Assembly (NCBI GenBank): GCA_008369845.1
Contig: MRSU01011094.1
Coordinates: forward strand, 1 to 43,089
From: Trichomonas gallinae
Lineage: Eukaryota
Reading direction: 5' to 3'
Length of the DNA stretch: 43,089 nt
Both the position numbers and the translations under genes were made by a program. Of this stretch, positions 1 to 7,412 are shown in pieces (position 1 is the first letter of the stretch; every line of letters starts with the position of its first letter). The notes under the pieces are model-generated. The model did no database searches and was not told the DNA's origin. It was given only the letters and a program-made list of their open reading frames with translations.

Positions 1-189
1 GAAGAAGCAAATCTCGACGAGCTCAAAAACGAAGAACCGGATTGCAAATATGTCTATTTAGCTCTTTTGTGGGTTCAGCAGAAACTTGATAACACTAATG
101 AGGCTAAGATTAACGAGCTCGTCTCAAAGCTTGTAGAGCTTGATCCAATCAGAGAGCCCTATTATCGCGATTTGGCTAAATCAAGCTAA
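1..189 (+). CDS. 3' end of a protein prenyltransferase alpha subunit (Rab geranylgeranyltransferase alpha / Bet4-like), truncated by the window edge
   Basis: Frame 1 reads EEANLDELKNEEPDCKYVYLALLW...LVSKLVELDPIREPYYRDLAKSS*. EPDCK and LDPxRxxYYxDL are characteristic of the C-terminal helices of RabGGT alpha. Stop TAA at 187-189 lies within TAAA. Not in the ORF track. Confidence 0.75.
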   Translation, partial: EEANLDELKNEEPDCKYVYLALLWVQQKLDNTNEAKINELVSKLVELDPIREPYYRDLAKSS

Positions 190-567
190 ATCCTCTTCCC
201 TACTGTCTTATACAATAAAACTTCCAATCAATAATAAAATGTTAATGCAATAAATTTAAATTCAAGATTAATTTGGAACTGATGACTATAATATCTTCAA
301 TTTTCTAGTTGTTCAGCTTAATTCATCAGTACGTTACAAGTTTAAACAGTTCTCTTAAATGATAAATGATGAATTAGTGTTTCTGACTAGTAGAATACTT
401 TACAAGACAAATATATTTTTGCTATGTTGAGTTTGATTTAAAGACTGAGTATTGGATAATTTATCTATTATAGGATTTCTGTAATACACTAAAGATGAAA
501 TATGCTTGAATTCAAAAAATTGATATCAAATTCAAAAAGTTAATATTTATCTAAAAAAAACAATTAC

Positions 568-2658
568 TTAATATTTCTGTCTGTAGAACTGAAGACTCCA
601 GTAGAACATTTCGTTTGGAATGTACTTCTTTCCGCTTGGTGAAGTTGATGTGTAATTTTTCTTGGTGATTGCGCGTAAAAGCTTTGAATTTAATATATTT
701 GTAAAGTTATTGGCCCATAAATCATCTCTAAAAAGCCTTGGAACTGGATCTGTTGGTAAATTAAACCTTTCTAAGCCAATGTAGCGAGCTAGAACATCTT
801 CAACATCCTGAGGATCATCAACAATGAAAGGCTGGAATATATACCATTGTTGAGGAAGAACTGCTATAAATGGAATTTTCGATTTCATAACTAGTGGAGC
901 AGAAATGTTTCTAGGCATGTATTGGGCATAGTTAAAATCTACATTTATTGCTCCAAACTTGAGATCATTATATCTGTTATTTTCTCTTGCAATTCTTGCG
1001 ATTTTGTTAAATTCGGACAGCATGTCTTCACTATAAGGGGAATTATCATAAAACAAGATACACTTATCATGGTTTCCTGAATAAAAGCTGTTAAACGTAC
1101 CTGTGTTTAGATATTCAAATGGAGCTTGTTCAGTTAAATATTGACCAGGATTTGATGGTGTGGATAAAGCAAACCACTTAGTTGTATTGCGTGCTGAGTA
1201 TAACCAGTCGAAAATCGATCTTTCGAATCTTTCTAAAGGTTTAAAATCGCGTTTTGACTTTAAATGCTTCTGTATTGAGTTTGTAAAGTCGTCAATATGA
1301 GCTCTATCAGCTCCTCCATGGAAATATTCGTCGAATGAATCATCTGAATTAAAATTAAGCGAGTGATTGATGGCATTTCCTGAGTGATCAAAGTTTAATT
1401 CTCTATAGTGAGGCATTCCCGGTCCAAAAATATTCCAAGGAAGACTATTATCTGTTAAATTATATTCAATTGTTTTAAAGTTCTCCCAAAACTGGTCTTG
1501 ATCATGATCTGATGATACATTTCTCGGAATAATCAAATTGAAGTTTGAACTGTTGGATCCAATGACTGTATTAAAGAATCTCGTGAAATTATCTTTATTT
1601 TCAATATTTTGCTTAATATAGCATAACACACGACTATATTGTAATTCTGATATTTTTGGACCATAGTATACTTGTATTGGAACACTATAAACCATTTTTC
1701 CACTGCAATCGAGTTTTTTCTCTGGTTTTGGAGTTGGAGTCGGCGTAACACGAGTATCATTGTATTCCATGCGAAGTGAGTGTATTTCATTCTTTATTGA
1801 TCGCTCAGCCATTATTAAACTGCGATTTATTTCTTTTCTTTGAATTGTCGAGAAAATGCTTAAAGATGGATATAAAAGCACGAAACTTGTATCAATATTT
1901 GTTGTTAAGTAGTTAATATCTCGTAAAATTTGAGGATTTGATTTCATAACAATTATATCTGGAAATGTTTCGAAAATTTCTTGTAAAATCTCCATATTTT
2001 TAGCTGTTGGTATAGGATCAGTGCAAACTAAAGCCATTTGATTATTTTTGATTAATTCCGCAATTGTTGCTGTTTTGAACTTTCTTTCCATGATTGCTCT
2101 GAAGTTTTCTTCTGTACAGTTAAATTCGTAGGATCTGGATTCATATGGATTCCAAAGTTCCGAAATTTCAGATTTTTCGTTGACAAGTACATTAATGAGC
2201 CCATATTCATTATATAATGATTTAGATAACTGTTTCATTTCGGAATAATGAGATTTGTCGCATATTATCGTTATAAAAATTGTTTTATCAATAATTTTTG
2301 GATCATATTCAAGCTCAGTATCGAAGAAAAAGTAATTTATGATATCTCGAATATGTTGATATTCCCATATTTTGAAGAAATTGTGTGTGTTGCCTTGTAA
2401 CGTGAAAGATAAATTGTTGAAAGAAATATCATTTTCTACTTGTTCAAATAACAGATTAGGCTGTTGATACTCGTCGATTATTCTTTGATAATGTTCGCAA
2501 ACTTGAGGAATCTGACAACTGTAAAAAATAACATTTGTTCCATCAAATCCTTCAGTAAAATTCGCAATCCATCGACTTTCATTGACAGAATAATACACGT
2601 TATGCACGAAATCTGATGCATTCACTGAATTAATCTGCGAAAGGAAAAACGAAAACAT
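568..2658 (-). CDS. Secreted/ER hypothetical protein with degenerate thioredoxin-like (PDI-like) domains
   Basis: 696-aa ORF with a short hydrophobic N-terminus (MFSFFLSQINS). The C-terminal segment CILFYDNSPYSEDMLSEFNKIA...LKFGAINVD resembles a Trx fold with SxxS in place of CxxC. The N-terminal VIFYSCQIPQVCEHY is a weaker Trx-like segment. Confidence 0.5.
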   Translation of the reverse strand: MFSFFLSQINSVNASDFVHNVYYSVNESRWIANFTEGFDGTNVIFYSCQIPQVCEHYQRIIDEYQQPNLLFEQVENDISFNNLSFTLQGNTHNFFKIWEYQHIRDIINYFFFDTELEYDPKIIDKTIFITIICDKSHYSEMKQLSKSLYNEYGLINVLVNEKSEISELWNPYESRSYEFNCTEENFRAIMERKFKTATIAELIKNNQMALVCTDPIPTAKNMEILQEIFETFPDIIVMKSNPQILRDINYLTTNIDTSFVLLYPSLSIFSTIQRKEINRSLIMAERSIKNEIHSLRMEYNDTRVTPTPTPKPEKKLDCSGKMVYSVPIQVYYGPKISELQYSRVLCYIKQNIENKDNFTRFFNTVIGSNSSNFNLIIPRNVSSDHDQDQFWENFKTIEYNLTDNSLPWNIFGPGMPHYRELNFDHSGNAINHSLNFNSDDSFDEYFHGGADRAHIDDFTNSIQKHLKSKRDFKPLERFERSIFDWLYSARNTTKWFALSTPSNPGQYLTEQAPFEYLNTGTFNSFYSGNHDKCILFYDNSPYSEDMLSEFNKIARIARENNRYNDLKFGAINVDFNYAQYMPRNISAPLVMKSKIPFIAVLPQQWYIFQPFIVDDPQDVEDVLARYIGLERFNLPTDPVPRLFRDDLWANNFTNILNSKLLRAITKKNYTSTSPSGKKYIPNEMFYWSLQFYRQKY

Positions 2659-2674
2659 TTTTGGTTGTGAAAAA

Positions 2675-2747
2675 TGACAAGTAAACTATTAAAATTGTCA
2701 TGTAAAATTTATATGAATTTGATATGTATAAATTTTTGTCGTGTAAA
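2675..2747 (-). promoter_or_regulatory. Cluster of the recurrent TTTACAYGWCA-like motif upstream of the 568-2658 gene
   Basis: On +: tgacaagtaaa 2675, tgtcatgtaaa 2696, degenerate tgatatgtata 2720, tgtcgtgtaaa 2737. Confidence 0.55.
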
Positions 2748-2921
2748 TATTTTATTTGTCAAATTTATGAATTCCATTTCAGGACCTCTTATTTATAAGT
2801 AATAGAGTAATCATCAAAGAAATAATTTATTAACCATTGGGAGTTTGATTTTATTGACATATTTATAATTAATTTTAATCTATAACAATATAGTACAAAC
2901 AAAAAAAAATAATAGATCTTA

Positions 2922-3122
2922 ATCATTGCTTCATCAGAATCATCACTTTCATCAGATATATAGAAATAATTTCCTAATCATTCCCAGTTGTATCCAGGAT
3001 CAGCATCTGTTCCATCAAAGTTGACAATAATATCTTTAATAGCTTTTGCATGCTGTAATAATTCTTCATCTTCAGTTTCCATTAAATATCATCAAATTTT
3101 GAGCCATCTTCTTTTTGATTTC
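2922..3122 (-). pseudogene. Decayed coding-like fragment of unknown family
   Basis: Minus strand reads GNQKEDGSKFDDI, then a frameshift to METEDEELLQHAKAIKDIIVNFDGTDADPGYNWE*LGNYFYISDESDDSDEAM (ATG 3082, TGA 2980-2978). Protein-like acidic composition in otherwise AT-rich DNA. Confidence 0.3.
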
Positions 3123-3125
3123 CTC

Positions 3126-3161
3126 TATGTGTCAAAAATTTTGATTTACATGTCAAAAACA
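3126..3161 (+). repeat. Paired-motif module, near-identical to 7171-7205
   Basis: tatgtgtcaaaaat-tttg-atttacatgtcaaaaaca here versus tatgtgtcaaaaat-cat-atttacatgtcaaaaaca at 7171-7205. Confidence 0.75.
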
Positions 3162-3350
3162 TGACAACATCAAATTTGTCAATAAGAATCATCTCATTAT
3201 GAATTATTGAGATAATAAAATACAGTTAGTAGATATGTCAACTATTTACGTCATTCACCTCATATATTGATATAATAAAGCAAAATATGAGGTATTTTGG
3301 CGAAAAACTATGATATTTGAATGAAGACCGAAACCTCTACATGGTATTTA

Positions 3351-3418
3351 TGCTCATCTTCCATTCCAGTAATGCTAGGCCAGTCGGCCTTGGTGCTGTT
3401 TGAATGGAAGATAAGTGC
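3351..3418. other. Long imperfect stem-loop (candidate structured RNA or palindromic element)
   Basis: atcttccattc (3356-3366) pairs perfectly with gaatggaagat (3402-3412). cagta 3367-71 pairs with tgctg 3394-98 (one G-U), and aggcc 3377-81 pairs with ggcct 3386-90 around a 4-nt loop. Confidence 0.55.
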
Positions 3419-3447
3419 TATGAGATGCAATTGGGAAAAAAAGAGGG

Positions 3448-3455
3448 AAAGTGAC
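3448..3455 (+). promoter_or_regulatory. AAAGTGAC (trichomonad M2-like upstream motif)
   Basis: Exact AAAGTGAC about 50 bp upstream of the SNARE ATG. The same octamer occurs at 13273 and 40715 (+) and at 11770 and 38593 (-). Confidence 0.45.
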
Positions 3456-3503
3456 CAACCCCTGTATAATTTTACAATAAGGTTAATATATAATTTTATT
3501 CAG

Positions 3504-3794
3504 ATGGCGACGCTTGAAGGAAACAGAGCGAAGCTCGCTGAGGCAGATGCAGCGCTTGACGTTCTCGAAGGTATGACTGGACAGATGCTTACCAATGCCA
3601 ATAGCATCAATACAGAGCTCAAAGAGCAAAATGCAATGATCGATGCGACAAATGAAAAGATGGATGTAGCCGATGCTGGAATTGTTGATGCTACCAAGAA
3701 GGTCGAGAAGATTGGCTCAGGCAAACTTTCTTGGCCAGCATTTATTGTCTTGGCTCTCGAAGTTGTCGCAATAGTTGTTGTTTTTGTTGTTTAA
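3504..3794 (+). CDS. Minimal Qc-type SNARE (Bet1/Syx8-like), 96 aa
   Basis: MATLEGNRAKL...LDVLEGMTGQMLTNANSINTELKEQNAMID... is a heptad SNARE motif with a zero-layer Q (EQN) and a C-terminal TMD (WPAFIVLALEVVAIVVVFVV). Start trimmed from the ORF-track 3321 to the ATG at 3504. Confidence 0.85.
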   Translation: MATLEGNRAKLAEADAALDVLEGMTGQMLTNANSINTELKEQNAMIDATNEKMDVADAGIVDATKKVEKIGSGKLSWPAFIVLALEVVAIVVVFVV

Positions 3795-3963
3795 TTCATC
3801 TATAACATTATTTTAACTAAGCTTTAGAATGAAGTAAATAAAACATGAAAGAGATTATCTAATTTTAAATCGAAAGTCGTTTAAATTCTATATTTTACAA
3901 GCAAAATCTTCTAAATATCAAAAAGAATGCGATTGAATACATGAAAAATCAAATATGAGAGCA

Positions 3964-4240
3964 TTACTTGTCAAAAAGTAGATTATAGTTTACATGTCAA
4001 ATGACTAAATTTTTATACAATTGTCAATGAAATGTAAACTTTAATCAAACAATAAAATTTAAGCTTGCGTTACTATTTGTAATTTATTGCACTATTGTTT
4101 TCAGGCAAAAAGTTAAAATTTATCCAAAATGACGAATAAACTGATATTTGACATGTAAACAACATTTTTATATAAAATTCATAAAAAATAAATTGGAGAA
4201 AATGCGTGGATGCATATAAATTAGAAAAATGACACGTAAA
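3964..4240. promoter_or_regulatory. Cluster of the recurrent motif upstream of the SAPS-like gene
   Basis: ttacttgtcaaaaa 3964, tttacatgtcaaa 3989, tttgacatgtaaa 4147, tgacacgtaaa 4230. Confidence 0.55.
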
Positions 4241-4282
4241 AATTAAAAATTGAGTGATGTCATAAAATTTTTCAAATTTTCA

Positions 4283-6706
4283 ATGACGAGGCGGAATATA
4301 TCCAAGGAAGAGAGTGTTGATGAATACTTGGAGGATGAGAGCCCGTCATTGAGTGCAATATTGCACTGCGATGATGTACAAGCGCAATGGCGCAATAAAA
4401 ACAAGAAATTGCTGATAATTTTTTCGAAAAAAGAAAATGTCCATAAAATGATTGACATTCTACAAACTTCTAAGGATTTTCAGACTGATAGACACATATT
4501 GGGATTGTTTATTTCTCCAAATATATTGATTTTACAACAAATGATTTATGATATTGGTTTAACAGAGCATTTAGTTGAAACACTCGATAAAATTCACTCT
4601 ATTCATCGATATGTTATAGGAATTGTGATGCAAATTCTATTGAAAGCGTTCGATACATGGCCAATCGAATTAATGGAAAATTTCATTAGTTCTAACAAAA
4701 TATATCCGATAATTACAAATGCATTGCAGTATCCTGCTGTGTTTCATTTCGCTTCGAGATTCGTTCCTCGGTTAGATCACGATATTACTTTTATTTGGAT
4801 TGTTTTCGCGTCACTTATGGATGAGCATGGCACTGGTCCAGCGATTCCACATGATGTCAATCAAACTGTTGCTCAAAACGCAGTTTTGCCAAGATTAACT
4901 TCAATTCAACGACAAAAAGCGCTTGAAGTACTTTGTATATACTTCAATGAATTTGGTAATAGATCAGAATTATACTCCTTAGTGAGTAAAGCTCTTCCAC
5001 TGATGCTTCAAGATGCATCAGATGATCAAGAAAGAGCAATTGTTTTAAGACTAGGTTTGAACATTGAGCCTAATGAAGCGCTAGGGTATTGTGTGCTTTC
5101 CGTGGTCAACTGCTTTAAATCTTCAGATATTTTACTTCAATATTCATTACTTTACATTGCGGCTTGGAACGTTATGATTGGTAATAAATCAATCGAGTTT
5201 TTCGTTTACAGACTATTAAAACGTCCAGCGAACAACTTTGTTTTAATTGCTTGCGCTGCCATGATTAGAAAGGTTTTAGAAGTAGACAAATCGAATACTG
5301 AGCTCACATCAACCCTTATACAAATAATTGACAATGCTTATCAAACGAATCCGTTGATGAAATCGAATATGATGCAAGCTTTTCGTACTGAGCTCTCTAT
5401 TGCTGCTGGTGGGACTGAATTAGATCCTGAAAGCATGCAGTGCGCTCAGCAGCTGAAATTTCCAAGAAAAATCGTTCAGGAAATTGATTACAATTTAATC
5501 GAAGAATTCCATGCCACAGACCAAAAAATCATGCAGAATAATGATATATTTGTTCCAGAATTTAACGTGAGAAACCTTTGGAAGAATCAACGCGTAATTA
5601 CAGAAATGAATGAATTATGGAAGACAACAACACGTTTATCGTTTTTGCCAACAGTTAGTCCAATATCTAGGCCACTTCCTTCACCAGCTCCACTTTCTCA
5701 GTCTCCTCAAAAGAGTAAAATTTTCACATTCAATTCTCCAGATCATAATAATCCGGATTTGGTTAGAATGAAGAAGAGATTGGTCCATTCTGATGATGAA
5801 AACGATATAGATACTGAAAAAGAAGATGAAATATCTGAATTCCATACTTTGGACCCTCCAAAGCGAAAACCATTGATTATACAAGACGGTATCATGCGCC
5901 CGCCATCAACAATTGTAATAGAAAACGATGATGAGCTAGATGAAGAAGAATCATTAATTGAATTCGAACTTCCTGAAGTAGAAGTCAATGAATCATTGTC
6001 AGCATTACAATCCAAGGAGATTAATGACGAAAAAATCAACGATGAGCCAATTCCTAAAGAAGAGCTTGCGAAAGGTCAAAAACCAATTCCTAAGATTAAT
6101 CCTGAATCACCGCGAACAGGAAAGCCGCTGTTCCTCAGAACAAGCCTGTTTTCAGATGAAAAGCGGCCAGAAAAGCCACCGCCAATTATAATTCCAGAAA
6201 CCACACCAAAAATCGACCAAATCCTTTTGATCGACGAAGAAGAAGAGGAGGAAGAAGAATATGTGTATGAATACGAATACGTTGATGAGGATGAGTCGCC
6301 GCAAAAGATTCGCACGCCAAAGAAGCTCACGCCAGAGAAGAAGAAGTTTTCGACGCCAGAACTTGTTCCTATGAACTTGGAGGAAAATTCACCACAAAAG
6401 AAAAAGCCTGCGAAAGAGTTGCTTTTGCAGCTGGATCTTGAGAATGTTGACGAAGTTCCTGTTGCTAAGCCGAAGCCTGTGATGCACAGGAGAGTTTTGA
6501 TCATTGAAGTACCAGAAAAGAAGCCAGCGAAACTGTTTATGACACCAACACTTGTTGTTGAGAGGCCTGAAATTGAGCCTGTTCACAAACTTGTCATTTC
6601 TCAGATACCGAGAGTGTTTTGCAATTTCGATGACACTCAAATAGTTGAGGAAGAGAAAATACAGTTGGATAACGAAGAATTTATAGAAGAAATTATATCT
6701 TTCTAA
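4283..6706 (+). CDS. SAPS/SIT4-phosphatase-associated-like protein with a long acidic/Pro-rich disordered C-terminus
   Basis: The N-terminus VDEYLEDESPSLSAILHCDDVQAQWRNKNKKLLIIFSKKENVHKMIDIL follows the SAPS N-terminal pattern. A helical middle region and many SP/TP sites in the tail. First ATG at 4283, with TCATA at about 4260. Confidence 0.6.
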   Translation: MTRRNISKEESVDEYLEDESPSLSAILHCDDVQAQWRNKNKKLLIIFSKKENVHKMIDILQTSKDFQTDRHILGLFISPNILILQQMIYDIGLTEHLVETLDKIHSIHRYVIGIVMQILLKAFDTWPIELMENFISSNKIYPIITNALQYPAVFHFASRFVPRLDHDITFIWIVFASLMDEHGTGPAIPHDVNQTVAQNAVLPRLTSIQRQKALEVLCIYFNEFGNRSELYSLVSKALPLMLQDASDDQERAIVLRLGLNIEPNEALGYCVLSVVNCFKSSDILLQYSLLYIAAWNVMIGNKSIEFFVYRLLKRPANNFVLIACAAMIRKVLEVDKSNTELTSTLIQIIDNAYQTNPLMKSNMMQAFRTELSIAAGGTELDPESMQCAQQLKFPRKIVQEIDYNLIEEFHATDQKIMQNNDIFVPEFNVRNLWKNQRVITEMNELWKTTTRLSFLPTVSPISRPLPSPAPLSQSPQKSKIFTFNSPDHNNPDLVRMKKRLVHSDDENDIDTEKEDEISEFHTLDPPKRKPLIIQDGIMRPPSTIVIENDDELDEEESLIEFELPEVEVNESLSALQSKEINDEKINDEPIPKEELAKGQKPIPKINPESPRTGKPLFLRTSLFSDEKRPEKPPPIIIPETTPKIDQILLIDEEEEEEEEYVYEYEYVDEDESPQKIRTPKKLTPEKKKFSTPELVPMNLEENSPQKKKPAKELLLQLDLENVDEVPVAKPKPVMHRRVLIIEVPEKKPAKLFMTPTLVVERPEIEPVHKLVISQIPRVFCNFDDTQIVEEEKIQLDNEEFIEEIISF

Positions 6707-7170
6707 TTTGTTTTTTATACATGTTTGAATTTGTTTATTAGTTAAATTTATTAATAATAGAGCATACTATAACAGTCATCTTATCAAGCATAGCTATATT
6801 TTCATTTTTACAACTTCATGAACATATTTTGAAGCAATAATTAGATCTTTATTGTTGTAATTGCCTTTTATATTGTCAAATATTTTAACTATTATGAAAA
6901 AGAAGATTGGCAACTTTTTGATGAACATATTTTGAAGCTTATACTAATACTGCTATTGTCTTTTATGTTTTCATATATTTGAATTATTATGAGAAGAAAA
7001 TCGAAAAATGATCATTTATTGATGCAAAAGACAAAGGAGTAATGTCATCATTATTAATTTTCTTGTAAAAATATAATGTTCAAGTATCAATTAATCATCT
7101 ACTAACCTGATGGTATAAAGTACAACGATCATTTCTCTTGTGAAAGATATTTTAACAAGTTTTCGAAAAT

Positions 7171-7205
7171 TATGTGTCAAAAATCATATTTACATGTCAA
7201 AAACA
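7171..7205 (+). promoter_or_regulatory. Paired-motif module upstream of AND-1/Ctf4
   Basis: tatgtgtcaaaaatcatatttacatgtcaaaaaca; two cores 20 bp apart; near-identical to 3126-3161. Confidence 0.6.
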
Positions 7206-7412
7206 CGATTTTTTCGTAATTTTTAGTTTATTAATATTGATATTGTATTATATATCTAAATATTCAAGAATTATGAGAAATGTATATGAATTATTGCATT
7301 TGAATGAGATTTTCGCATCAATTATTTGGTAAAAAGTGAATTTAATAACAATTAGATTGTAAATATGTAGAAAACAATATTTTCATAAACGTATGCAAGA
7401 AAAATCTAGAAA

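Noticed and set aside
3318..3336. tgaatgaagaccgaaac as a hammerhead ribozyme core
   Set aside because: No CUGANGA, and no stem II or stem I/III pairing.
3321..3503. N-terminal extension of the SNARE in the ORF track
   Set aside because: It runs through the hairpin and promoter-like sequence and has no SNARE-related features; the ATG at 3504 fits better.
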